From Pseudanabaenaceae cyanobacterium bins.68 (GTDB lineage Bacteria > Cyanobacteriota > Cyanobacteriia > Pseudanabaenales > Pseudanabaenaceae), in the NCBI GenBank assembly GCA_033762795.1, contig JANRLH010000013.1, positions 12,172 to 76,171 of the forward strand: a stretch of DNA of 64,000 nucleotides, given 5' to 3'. The notes under the pieces are model-generated. The model saw only the letters and a program-made list of their open reading frames with translations, was not told where the DNA came from and did no database searches. Below are positions 9,993 through 18,846 of the stretch, piece after piece; position 1 is the first letter of the stretch; every line of letters starts with the position of its first letter. A program made the translations under genes and the position numbers.

Positions 9993-10619
9993 ATGAATTA
10001 TCTAGCCCTAGCAATCGCTTACTTTTTGGGTGCTATCCCCACTGGCTATTGGGTCGGTTGTATTCAAGGTATTGACATTCGCGAACATGGCTCTGGCTCT
10101 ACGGGAGCTACTAATGTCTGGCGTTGCCTGGGGCGCAAGTATGGGATTTTAGTATTTGCAGTGGATTTAGCTAAAGGGGTAGCAGCAGTTTTGCTGACTG
10201 GAATGCTTCTACCGGCCGATAGTGCCCAAGCCTGGTGGATCATTGGTGCTGGGGTTTGCGCTCTGATTGGGCATAGCCGCTCCTGTTGGATTGGCTTTAG
10301 GGGCGGCAAATCCGTGGCTACGGGGCTAGGGGTTTTACTGGCACTCAACTGGCAGGTGGCGCTTTGCGCCTTAAGCATCTGGGGCTTGACCATGGCGATC
10401 TGGCGCACGGTGTCAATTAGTTCTCTGGCTGCCGCAGTTAGCACCCCTCTGTTAATCTGGCTCTGGCAATCGCCCCAACCTTACCTAATTCTGACTATTT
10501 TTGGGGCAATGTTCATCATCTGGACTCACCGCGCTAATATTCAACGCCTACTATCTGGGCAAGAACTGAGCTTCAATCAAGCCAAAGAAACTGAGCCTAG
10601 CCAGGCCAAAATCTCCTGA
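9993..10619 (+). CDS. plsY: Glycerol-3-phosphate acyltransferase PlsY
   Basis: FLGAIPTGYWV.., HGSGSTGATNVWR, GGKSVATGLG, 208-aa membrane protein. Confidence 0.9.
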   Translation: MNYLALAIAYFLGAIPTGYWVGCIQGIDIREHGSGSTGATNVWRCLGRKYGILVFAVDLAKGVAAVLLTGMLLPADSAQAWWIIGAGVCALIGHSRSCWIGFRGGKSVATGLGVLLALNWQVALCALSIWGLTMAIWRTVSISSLAAAVSTPLLIWLWQSPQPYLILTIFGAMFIIWTHRANIQRLLSGQELSFNQAKETEPSQAKIS

Positions 10620-11431
10620 TTCACCTGCTCTGGCACTTCATCCTGGGGGCAATGACCTGCACCCTCTAGCCAGACTAGCCTGGCTCCAGCGATCGCTAAT
10701 TTAGGGGCTAGACTGGGAGGAATCACCCGATCTTGAGTACCCCATAAAATCAATAGGGGGGAGTTTAGCCGCGCGATCGCTACCTTTAAGTCAGCAGTTG
10801 ACCTAGCCATCCCTCGATTTAAATAACTAAAAGCAGTAGCAGCTCTTTGATCCCTAGCAGGGGCGGCAATCATTTCTACTAGTTGCTCATCCACTTGAGT
10901 GCGATCGCGATAGACCAAAGTGCGCAACACCCACCTAATCACCGCTGGCCGCCGCATCAAATAGAACAAAGGTAATGCCAAGATGCCTCCTACCACTGCT
11001 TCCAGCGATCGCTTAATTGGCCGCACAAACCCAGGTACCATTGCTTCAAATTCAGACAAGTCGGGAATACTGATCCCCACCACTCCTGCCGCCATTGCTG
11101 GATACTGAGCTGCCGCCAAAATCCCTACCATCGCTCCAATCGAATTACCCACTACCACGGTCGGCACTCCAATTACTTCCCACCAAAAGCTATAGAGCTG
11201 TTCCACCCAAATGGTTGGGGTATAGATTACTGCCGCCTTGCTGGAGCCGCCAAAGCCCAATAGATCAATCGCATATACCCGCCGATCACCTGCCAACACC
11301 CCTTGATTTTTGCGCCAATGGCCGATAGCTGCACCAAAGCCATGGATCAAGAGCAAAGGTGGCAACCCCCGATCCCCACCCTCAAACCTGTACCTAACTT
11401 GCCAACCGCGCCAATACCAAGTTCGATTCAT
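10577..11431 (-). CDS. Alpha/beta-fold hydrolase
   Basis: LLLIHGFGAAIGHWRKN (oxyanion HG) and nucleophile elbow GNSIGA. C-terminal GHCPQDE supplies the catalytic His. Confidence 0.8.
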   Translation of the reverse strand: MNRTWYWRGWQVRYRFEGGDRGLPPLLLIHGFGAAIGHWRKNQGVLAGDRRVYAIDLLGFGGSSKAAVIYTPTIWVEQLYSFWWEVIGVPTVVVGNSIGAMVGILAAAQYPAMAAGVVGISIPDLSEFEAMVPGFVRPIKRSLEAVVGGILALPLFYLMRRPAVIRWVLRTLVYRDRTQVDEQLVEMIAAPARDQRAATAFSYLNRGMARSTADLKVAIARLNSPLLILWGTQDRVIPPSLAPKLAIAGARLVWLEGAGHCPQDEVPEQVNQEILAWLGSVSLA

Positions 11432-11437
11432 ATTTTC

Positions 11438-11776
11438 TTAGTTACCGGCAGGCTTGTCCCAAAATAGCTTGTACAGCACAAACAACACCAAGAGCATAAT
11501 TGCCAAAGAAACCGCCAGGGAAATCAAGCGCAGCACTAGGCTCAACACCATAAAAGCCGCCACTGCCACAAAGCCCAGTGCCACCAACTTAGTCACCCCA
11601 GTCTGGCGATCAATCCAGCCCCATAGCTCAGCCAGGAGGTTTTTCTGCCCAGCCCCAGGTGGCATTGAAGACTCTCCCAAGGTTTCCCGCTCCAACTGGC
11701 GAAATCGTTGTTCTAGATCATCTTGATTACTCACTTGATTAACCCCACAAAATTTACTTGGGCTTTTAACCACCAC
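11438..11776 (-). CDS. Hypothetical small membrane protein
   Basis: 112-aa ORF with a C-terminal double hydrophobic segment (VALGFVAVAAFMVLSLVLRLISLAVSLAIMLLVLFVLY). 6 nt upstream of the hydrolase gene. Confidence 0.5.
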   Translation of the reverse strand: MVVKSPSKFCGVNQVSNQDDLEQRFRQLERETLGESSMPPGAGQKNLLAELWGWIDRQTGVTKLVALGFVAVAAFMVLSLVLRLISLAVSLAIMLLVLFVLYKLFWDKPAGN

Positions 11777-11811
11777 AGAATACCCTTCAAAACCATTCTT
11801 AGGCTAGCTTT

Positions 11812-12345
11812 TTATGGGAGCCTGCTCCAAACCATGCTGATTGTCCAAGCATCAGTCAGTAGTAGCAACAAGCTAAAAACTAACAAGATTAGATACATCC
11901 AAGGCTGCGCTAACGGCTTCACATCTCCTGTATCAATCCCAGTAGCTGCCTCTATTGCTGCCACCAGTCTAGCAAACCCTGCCACCCGCATCGGCAGGAG
12001 ATAGCCTTGCCCTGCTTTGGTCAACAGATAGTAGACTAAGCCACCCTGACCTGTGGTTTTAGGTTTCAGCGCCTCCACTTCTTGCCAAGCTAATTCCCAG
12101 TTGTGCTTGCCCCACACCACCCAACTTGGATAGTTTACGGTAATTACTTGGTCATTTATGCCTACCCTTTGGCTTAGTCCCCCATAGATCACCATGAAAC
12201 CACAGATCAACGGCAATACCCACCACCACGCACCAGGATCATTTAGTTTCCCCAAAAACGGCAAAGGTAGCACCAAAGCCACATACAGTAATAGGAGAGT
12301 AAGCCGAATCAACGGAGAAATATAAAAGTATTTTAAGGGTTCCAT
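11812..12345 (-). CDS. Hypothetical membrane protein
   Basis: The ORF track gives 11812..12456. ATG 12345 (MEPLKYFYISPLIRLTLLLLYVALVL..) begins at the first TM segment and is the more plausible start. No family recognised. Confidence 0.45.
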   Translation of the reverse strand: MEPLKYFYISPLIRLTLLLLYVALVLPLPFLGKLNDPGAWWWVLPLICGFMVIYGGLSQRVGINDQVITVNYPSWVVWGKHNWELAWQEVEALKPKTTGQGGLVYYLLTKAGQGYLLPMRVAGFARLVAAIEAATGIDTGDVKPLAQPWMYLILLVFSLLLLLTDAWTISMVWSRLP

Positions 12346-12721
12346 ATTAAAAATTGATCTTGCAGTTGGCAGACTGATGGGTAAAAATGAGGATCTCAGG
12401 CTGCTTACCAAAGGTAAGCAAAACCGATAGCCCCGCATTGGGCTTAATTTACGCATTTAGATCGACTGAGATTGGCAATAGCAGAGCGTAGCCTCGAACA
12501 CGCAGGAATTAGGTGTTTTAAGCTATTATGGCAAGTCTTAGGGAATGGATGTTTCTTCCCGTCGCTGATAGCTAGTCGTAGACCTACAATGACACTGTAA
12601 CCAGGAATTATCCCAGTTTGCAAGTTAATGGGTAAAAGGGGCTCTGCGCCCCGCTATGGGGTTTAATCATTTCTCTATCGCATTCTTTCAAAAATCGCAA
12701 TAGCAGTTCTTCATCACCAAA

Positions 12722-13318
12722 ATGCCTTACCTAGCTCCCTGGCGATCGCCCCTAGCTCGCAATCTCTATCAGCACCGCAACCAACCCCAGGCGCGTTATC
12801 TCCAACTAGCTACTACCGACCTAGAAGGTAAACCGAGCAATCGCACCATTGTGTTTCGGGGTTTCGTTGACCATTTACCCAACTCCAGTAACCTGCTCAA
12901 ATTTATCAGCGATCGCCGCGCCGCCAAAATCAGCCATATTCAGCACCAACCTTGGGTAGAAGCCTGTTGGTATTTTCCTAAAACCCGCGAACAATTTCGG
13001 ATCAGCGGCAAAATGTTACTGGTGGAGGCAGAGCATCCCAACTGGAGTCCAATGCGTCAAACCACCTGGCAAGAGCTATCAGATCAGAGTCGCACCCAGT
13101 TTAGCTGGTCTGATCCAGGTCAGCCCCTGGCGCAAGCCCCTGAGCATAATCAGCCACCCCCCTCACAAGCTCATCCCAACTTTACCCTCCTGTTACTAGA
13201 TCCTTGGCTAGTAGATCGTTTAGAATTACGCCACTACCCTCACCATCGATCACGCTATCAAAAAAGTGGTGAGCAACCTCAACCTAGCCTTTGGCATCAC
13301 CATTACCTCAATCCCTAA
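12722..13318 (+). CDS. Pyridoxamine 5'-phosphate oxidase-like FMN-binding protein
   Basis: YLQLATTDLEGKPSNRTIVFRGF.., PWVEACWYFPKTREQFRISG are split-barrel PNPOx-like motifs, 198 aa. Confidence 0.75.
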   Translation: MPYLAPWRSPLARNLYQHRNQPQARYLQLATTDLEGKPSNRTIVFRGFVDHLPNSSNLLKFISDRRAAKISHIQHQPWVEACWYFPKTREQFRISGKMLLVEAEHPNWSPMRQTTWQELSDQSRTQFSWSDPGQPLAQAPEHNQPPPSQAHPNFTLLLLDPWLVDRLELRHYPHHRSRYQKSGEQPQPSLWHHHYLNP

Positions 13319-13324
13319 AAGCTC

Positions 13325-13501
13325 ATGGAAACATTACCTGTCCCCCCTTGGACTGCTGCCGCCCGCGCCAAACTACGCAACGTGCCCTACTTCGCCCGCA
13401 CCCAAGCCAAAAAACAGATTGAACAAGTAGCGATCGCTACCCAAGCACCCCTAATCACCACCAAAATAGTCGAGCAAGCCCGCTTAGAATTTGGGCAATA
13501 G
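13325..13501 (+). CDS. Small PCP-reductase-like protein (58 aa)
   Basis: Below the ORF-track length cutoff. I translated ATG 13325 to TAG 13499..13501: METLPVPPWTAAARAKLRNVPYFARTQAKKQIEQVAIATQAPLITTKIVEQARLEFGQ. The W-T-x-x-A..L..VP-x-F-x-R..IE pattern resembles the C-terminal domain of protochlorophyllide reductase subunit B. 6 nt after the PNPOx-like gene. Confidence 0.6.
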   Translation: METLPVPPWTAAARAKLRNVPYFARTQAKKQIEQVAIATQAPLITTKIVEQARLEFGQ

Positions 13502-13718
13502 GTTATATTCAAAGGTGATGCAAATGCTTGACCGAGTAGTTCACTTTCTGGCTCCAGACTTGTGCATGCAATCCTATGATTCTTGGATCACAACTGCGTA
13601 AGTCATCTAACCGAATACCACTATTCTAAAATCAACAGTCTAAAAGTCACTCACAATTACAGCAATCAGCGCCAATTCATCAGCAGGATTCAAAGCAGCA
13701 CCGCAGTAGGGGGAAATA

Positions 13719-14660
13719 GTGCAAATCTCAAGGGCATTACGCATCAATCGAGGCATAAGTCAGTACCAACCAGACTTTCAAGACTACTACGCCATCCTTG
13801 GGATTCCGGTCACTGCCACGGCTCAGCAGGTACGGAAGCGATACTTATCGATCGCCAAACACCTCCATCCCGATGTCTATGGTCGTCCTCCCGAAGAAAA
13901 AATCAAAGCTACTCGCTACTTTTCCCGTCTGGTCAACCCCGCCTACAGCACCCTCAATCAAGAACGGGAGCGGATTGAATACGCCGAAATCCTACGCCTT
14001 CTTGCCAAGCGTCTACTCAAGCGCAACGAACGCCTTGCCCCTCAGTCAGAAGCTGCCAAGAAACTGCTCTATTTTCCCAAAGAATTGCAGTATGACTACG
14101 AAAAGGCTGTACTAGCGATCGCCCAAATCCAGTACGAGCAGCTAGATCAAATCCTGGAACATATTGCCCAACTCAGCGAATTAAACCTAGTATTTGTATT
14201 GGTACGGGAAGGTTACCAACATTTCAATGCCGGACCTTCCACCCTGGGTCGCCCTGCCAGTTCTGGCAACACTAGCTTTGGTCAGCAGCCCCCCCGCCCA
14301 CCCAAACCACTCGAACGTCCGGCCAATTCAGCGGCACAACACATCACTATGGCCGAGCAGTTAGTAGCAGCCCAGCAATGGTCTTTGGCAATTCAAGAAC
14401 TCCGCGCCGCCCTGCAAATCGATCCCAATAGTAGTAAATCCCACGCCCTGCTTGGCTATGTCTATATGCAACGCAAACTTACCAGCATGGCAAAAAGTAG
14501 TTTCAAGCAAGCACTCAAACTCAACCCCAACGAGCCGCTTGCCAAAGAGAACTTTGCCAAACTCGAAGGACAGGAGCAGCCAGTTTCTAAGCCAGAGGCG
14601 AATAAAACTGCCACTAAAGACAAGAAAGGGGGATTCTTTGGTTGGCTGAGCGGATCTTAA
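13719..14660 (+). CDS. J-domain protein with C-terminal TPR region
   Basis: DYYAILGIPVTATAQQVRKRYLSIAKHLHPD (HPD tripeptide). C-terminal TPR-like AIQELRAALQIDPNSSKSHALLGYVYMQ..ALKLNPNEP. GTG start preceded by GGGGGA. Confidence 0.85.
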   Translation: MQISRALRINRGISQYQPDFQDYYAILGIPVTATAQQVRKRYLSIAKHLHPDVYGRPPEEKIKATRYFSRLVNPAYSTLNQERERIEYAEILRLLAKRLLKRNERLAPQSEAAKKLLYFPKELQYDYEKAVLAIAQIQYEQLDQILEHIAQLSELNLVFVLVREGYQHFNAGPSTLGRPASSGNTSFGQQPPRPPKPLERPANSAAQHITMAEQLVAAQQWSLAIQELRAALQIDPNSSKSHALLGYVYMQRKLTSMAKSSFKQALKLNPNEPLAKENFAKLEGQEQPVSKPEANKTATKDKKGGFFGWLSGS

Positions 14661-15002
14661 GCAAACCTTAAGCTTTGACTTACTTCCCCAGTTAGGGCGA
14701 TTCCGAATTGAACTAAACATTAAGTTGTGTTAAGATGTGCCTAGAAAGTGTAAGCACATTAGGGATCAAGTTTGCTAAATTCATAGCAGTTAAGAAATTG
14801 CCTATTCATGTACTTCTGGACTTACAAGTCGACTAGTTAAGGTCAGGTTGACCAAACTAGCCGGTTTCTGAGCTAGCCCAGTCAGACCTAGTGTGAATGG
14901 GTTCACTGAACTCCCTAGCACTGTTCGTAATACTGATTACATGAGTGTTTACATTAAACCTAAATTAAACTTAGAAATCTTATTTTCATAGGAATTTGAC
15001 GT

Positions 15003-16064
15003 ATGACCATCGCAATTGGAAGAGGTCAGCAGGTCGAGAGAGGCCTGTTTGACATTGTAGATGACTGGCTAAAGCGCGATCGCTTTGTATTTATTGGCTG
15101 GAGCGGTATCTTGCTTTTCCCTACTGCATTTTTGGCAGTTGGCGGCTGGATGACCGGCACCACTTTTGTGACCTCCTGGTACACCCATGGTTTGGCTTCT
15201 AGCTACCTTGAAGGTGCCAATTTTCTCACCGTAGCCGTATCTACCCCTGCCCTCAGCATGGGTCACTCTCTACTGTTGCTCTGGGGCCCTGAAGCTCAAG
15301 GTGACTTTACCCGTTGGTGTCAGATTGGCGGGCTTTGGACTTTCGTTGCCCTCCACGGTGCTTTTGGTCTGATCGGCTTCATGCTGCGTCAGTTTGAAAT
15401 CTCTCGCCTCGTAGGTATTCGCCCCTACAACGCGATCGCTTTCTCTGGCCCGATTGCTGTATTCGTCTCTGTGTTCTTGCTCTATCCCCTTGGTCAAGCT
15501 GGCTGGTTCTTCGCTCCTAGCTTTGGCGTAGCTGGTATTTTCCGCTTTATCTTGTTCTTCCAAGGTTTCCACAACTGGACACTCAACCCCTTTCACATGA
15601 TGGGTGTAGCAGGTATCTTGGGCGGCGCCTTGCTCTGTGCTATTCACGGTGCTACCGTTGAAAACACCCTGTACGAAGATGGTGAAGGCTCTAACACCTT
15701 TGTGGCATTCAACCCTACCCAAGCTGAAGAAACCTATTCCATGGTTACCGCTAACCGTTTCTGGAGCCAAATCTTCGGAATTGCTTTCTCTAATAAGCGT
15801 TGGTTGCACTTCTTCATGTTGTTCGTACCTGTAACTGGACTCTGGTTCAGCAGCGTGGGCGTAGTTGGTCTGGCTCTCAACCTCCGTGCCTACGATTTCG
15901 TATCTCAAGAGGTGCGTGCCGCCGAAGATCCCGAATTTGAAACTTTCTACACCAAGAATTTGTTGCTAAATGAAGGGATCAGAGCATGGATGGCTCCCCA
16001 GGATCAGCCCGCCGAGAAGTTTATCTTCCCTGAAGAAGTACTGCCTCGTGGTAACGCTCTGTAG
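15003..16064 (+). CDS. psbD: Photosystem II D2 protein
   Basis: [67 protein letters not shown], 353 aa. Confidence 0.97.
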   Translation: MTIAIGRGQQVERGLFDIVDDWLKRDRFVFIGWSGILLFPTAFLAVGGWMTGTTFVTSWYTHGLASSYLEGANFLTVAVSTPALSMGHSLLLLWGPEAQGDFTRWCQIGGLWTFVALHGAFGLIGFMLRQFEISRLVGIRPYNAIAFSGPIAVFVSVFLLYPLGQAGWFFAPSFGVAGIFRFILFFQGFHNWTLNPFHMMGVAGILGGALLCAIHGATVENTLYEDGEGSNTFVAFNPTQAEETYSMVTANRFWSQIFGIAFSNKRWLHFFMLFVPVTGLWFSSVGVVGLALNLRAYDFVSQEVRAAEDPEFETFYTKNLLLNEGIRAWMAPQDQPAEKFIFPEEVLPRGNAL

Positions 16065-16090
16065 TCTTTGAATTCCTTTCGATAGTAAGT

Positions 16091-16129
16091 CAGCCTCCAG
16101 GGTTAATCAAACTTCTGTAGGCTGTTTTT
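16091..16129 (+). terminator. Hairpin plus T-run in the psbD-psbC spacer (possible attenuator or processing site)
   Basis: CAGCCTCCAG (16091..16100) pairs with CTGTAGGCTG (16115..16124) with one mismatch and a 14-nt loop, followed by TTTTT. Confidence 0.4.
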
Positions 16130-16204
16130 ACCTATCTCCAGGCTTGATTGGTTAGGATGGATTAATATTTATCAATAAGATATTTTTGACGGAGAATTTC
16201 TCGC

Positions 16205-17596
16205 GTGACTACAACTATTAACTTTAATTCCCTAGGTGTAGGTGGACGTACCCAAGATACCAGCGGCTTCGCCTGGTGGTCTGGGAATGCTCGTCTGATC
16301 AACCTGTCTGGTAAGCTGCTGGGCGCTCACGTTGCTCACGCTGGCTTGATTGTTTTTTGGGCAGGAGCCATGTGCCTATTTGAGGTGGCTCACTTTGTGC
16401 CAGAAAAGCCCATGTATGAGCAAGGGCTGATTTTGCTACCTCACCTCGCTACCCAAGGTTGGGGCGTTGGCCCTGGTGGTGAAGTGGTAGATGTTTTTCC
16501 CTACTTTGTGGTTGGGGTCTTGCACCTAATTTCTTCGGCTGTGCTGGGCCTAGGTGGTATTTACCATGCGGTACGTGGCCCTGAAGTCCTGGAAAACTAC
16601 TCCAGCTTCTTTGGCTACGACTGGAAAGACAAGAACCAAATGACTAACATCATTGGCTACCACTTGATCCTGCTGGGCTGTGGTGCATTTCTCCTGGTGA
16701 TCAAAGCCATGTTCTTTGGTGGCGTGTACGACACTTGGGCACCCGGCGGCGGTGACGTTCGCGTAATCACTAACCCCACCATTAATCCCTTGGTGATCTT
16801 CGGCTATGTATTCAGTTCTCCCTTTGGTGGCTCTGGTAGCATCGTGGGTGTGAACAACATGGAAGACGTAATCGGCGGGCATATTTGGGTAGGGATCATC
16901 TGCATCAGCGGCGGCATTTGGCATATCGCCACTAAGCCCTTTGGTTGGGCAAGACGAGCATTTGTGTGGTCTGGCGAAGCCTACCTTTCCTACAGTTTGG
17001 GTGCTTTATCCCTGATGGCTTTTATTGCTACCTGCTATGTATGGTTTAACAACACTGTTTACCCCAGTGAGTTCTATGGTCCTACTGGCCCTGAAGCTTC
17101 TCAATCTCAAGCATTCACCTACATTGTGCGTGACCAAAAGCTAGGTGCTAACATCGGTACTTCCCAAGGCCCTACTGGTTTAGGTAAGTATCTGATGCGC
17201 TCTCCGTCTGGGGAAATCATTTTTGGTGGTGAAACTATGCGGTTCTGGGACGTACGCGCTCCTTGGCTAGAGCCTCTGCGTGGCCCCAACGGTCTAGATA
17301 TTGACAAGCTCCAAAATGACATTCAGCCTTGGCAGGTACGTCGGGCGGCTGAGTACATGACCCATGCTCCCCTGGGTTCAATCAACTCCGTAGGCGGTGT
17401 GATCACTGAAATTAATGCAGTGAACTTTGTCTCTCCCCGCTCTTGGTTGGCAACTTCTCACTTTGTGCTTTCATTCTTCTTCTTGGTGGGTCACCTGTGG
17501 CACGCTGGCAGAGCAAGAGCGGCAGTTGCAGGCTTTGAGAAGGGTATCAACCGTAAGACTGAGCCAGTTTTGGCTATGCCTGATCTAGAGCAGTAG
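16205..17596 (+). CDS. psbC: Photosystem II CP43 chlorophyll apoprotein
   Basis: [73 protein letters not shown] start with GGAG 9 nt upstream. An in-frame TGA at 16187 excludes a longer N-terminus. Confidence 0.97.
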   Translation: MTTTINFNSLGVGGRTQDTSGFAWWSGNARLINLSGKLLGAHVAHAGLIVFWAGAMCLFEVAHFVPEKPMYEQGLILLPHLATQGWGVGPGGEVVDVFPYFVVGVLHLISSAVLGLGGIYHAVRGPEVLENYSSFFGYDWKDKNQMTNIIGYHLILLGCGAFLLVIKAMFFGGVYDTWAPGGGDVRVITNPTINPLVIFGYVFSSPFGGSGSIVGVNNMEDVIGGHIWVGIICISGGIWHIATKPFGWARRAFVWSGEAYLSYSLGALSLMAFIATCYVWFNNTVYPSEFYGPTGPEASQSQAFTYIVRDQKLGANIGTSQGPTGLGKYLMRSPSGEIIFGGETMRFWDVRAPWLEPLRGPNGLDIDKLQNDIQPWQVRRAAEYMTHAPLGSINSVGGVITEINAVNFVSPRSWLATSHFVLSFFFLVGHLWHAGRARAAVAGFEKGINRKTEPVLAMPDLEQ

Positions 17597-17711
17597 TCTT
17601 TATCCTCTGAGTTCACTCTGGAGTTTATAGTTTTGGTAAATAGAGTCTTGCCCACAAGTGAGCTAAAATCTTTATGCCCTGGGGCAAGTTTTCCTAAGAA
17701 TAAAAAAACAT

Positions 17712-17740
17712 AAAAAATTAGCCCCGTGAGGGGCTTTTTT
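17712..17740. terminator. Bidirectional intrinsic terminator between convergent psbC and ycf65
   Basis: AAAAAATT-AGCCCC-GTGA-GGGGCT-TTTTT: a 6-bp GC stem and 4-nt loop, with an A-run on one side and a T-run on the other. Confidence 0.7.
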
Positions 17741-17749
17741 AGTCAAAAA

Positions 17750-18073
17750 TTAATTACTACCTGTGAAAACGACATCAGGAAATTTTGCTTGGGCTTCACT
17801 CATGGGTTTACCTTTGCCATCTTCTTGCCAGTAGTTGATTAGTTCGGTGGCACGGTTGAGAACTTCGATTCTCTCTTGATCAGAAATCCAGGGCTTCTGC
17901 TCCATCTCACCTTTGAGTTGATCCCAGGCATCATCCCGTGGCCAAAAGAAATATTTAGTTAGGGGGCTATGGCCTTTCGCTACTACTTGATCTACTGCTA
18001 ATGCTATGTTTTCTTCTAACCATAGGATTTTTAGAATGAATTGTGACAAATTAAACTTTCCTCCATTGCACAA
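17750..18073 (-). CDS. ycf65: Plastid-specific ribosomal protein 3 homologue (PSRP-3/Ycf65)
   Basis: [57 protein letters not shown] matches the Ycf65 pattern, 107 aa. Confidence 0.85.
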   Translation of the reverse strand: MCNGGKFNLSQFILKILWLEENIALAVDQVVAKGHSPLTKYFFWPRDDAWDQLKGEMEQKPWISDQERIEVLNRATELINYWQEDGKGKPMSEAQAKFPDVVFTGSN

Positions 18074-18105
18074 AAAACTTTTCTACTGCGATCTTTAACC
18101 TTAGC

Positions 18106-18846
18106 ATGAAAATCAACACCTGCCCTATCCTAATTTTTGATATTGATGGAGTGATTCGGGATGTATCCCAGTCCTATCGCCGTGCTTTAGCAGATACGGT
18201 AGAGCATTTTACTAACGGCGCTTATCGCCCAACTTCAGATCAAATTGATTGCTTGAAGGCTGAGGGGCTATGGAACAACGACTGGGAGGCGGCACGCGAG
18301 TTGGTAGGACGTTTTGCCCAAGAATTAGAACCTAGCCTGGCACAAATCATCCAGTTTTTTCAGCAGCGTTATCGGGGAGATGATTGGAATGGCTACATTC
18401 AAGCTGAAAAACTGCTAGTAAATTTAGCCTATTTTCAGCAACTAACCGCGGCTGGAATCAAATGGGGCTTTTTTAGTGGAGCGAGTCGAGACTCTGCTCG
18501 GTTTGTGCTGGATCGGGTAGGTCTAACACAGCCAGTGTTAGTGGCGATGGAAGATGCTCCCAGTAAGCCTGACCCTAGCGGCTTATGTAAAGCGATCGCT
18601 CTGTTAGAACCAGAGACAGTGGGGAGAAAGGTGATTTATGCGGGCGATACGGCGGCGGATATGATCACGGTGGTGCGAGCTAGGGAGTTGCTGCCCCAGG
18701 ATCAATTTTGGGCGGTTGGGGTGCTCCCCCCCCATGTGTTAGATAGAGCAAATTATGGCCAACTTTTACACGATCGCGGCGCTGATCTGGTGATAGATCA
18801 AATCATGCAACTTACACCTGGTTTAATCTTTGAGCTATTAGGGTAG
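18106..18846 (+). CDS. HAD-superfamily hydrolase
   Basis: Motif I ILIFDIDGVIRD, motif II FFSGASR, motif III/IV SKPDP..YAGDTAADM, 246 aa. Confidence 0.8.
   Translation: MKINTCPILIFDIDGVIRDVSQSYRRALADTVEHFTNGAYRPTSDQIDCLKAEGLWNNDWEAARELVGRFAQELEPSLAQIIQFFQQRYRGDDWNGYIQAEKLLVNLAYFQQLTAAGIKWGFFSGASRDSARFVLDRVGLTQPVLVAMEDAPSKPDPSGLCKAIALLEPETVGRKVIYAGDTAADMITVVRARELLPQDQFWAVGVLPPHVLDRANYGQLLHDRGADLVIDQIMQLTPGLIFELLG

Noticed and set aside
13583-14115. Two plus-strand ORFs (13583..13978 and 13798..14115) overlapping the J-domain gene in other frames.
   Set aside because: The 13719..14660 frame carries an unmistakable J domain (HPD) and TPR repeats. The alternative frames are Ser/Arg/Pro-rich with no motifs.
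14937-14953. Direct repeat TTACA..TTACA ~50 nt upstream of psbD, resembling an HLR1 (RpaB) site.
   Set aside because: The repeat period is 12 nt, whereas canonical HLR1 has (G/T)TTACA(T/A)(T/A) repeats with a 10-nt period. Without a mapped transcription start I cannot place it relative to a promoter.
15270-15908. 212-aa ORF antisense to psbD, with similar antisense or alternate-frame ORFs inside psbC (16550..16924), typA (42846..43286, 43372..43755), dxr (48902..49279), speA, the ABC operon, comEC and GH57.
   Set aside because: Each lies wholly inside a strongly supported conserved gene, on the opposite strand or in another frame. Their compositions are low-complexity, and no family motif is recognisable.
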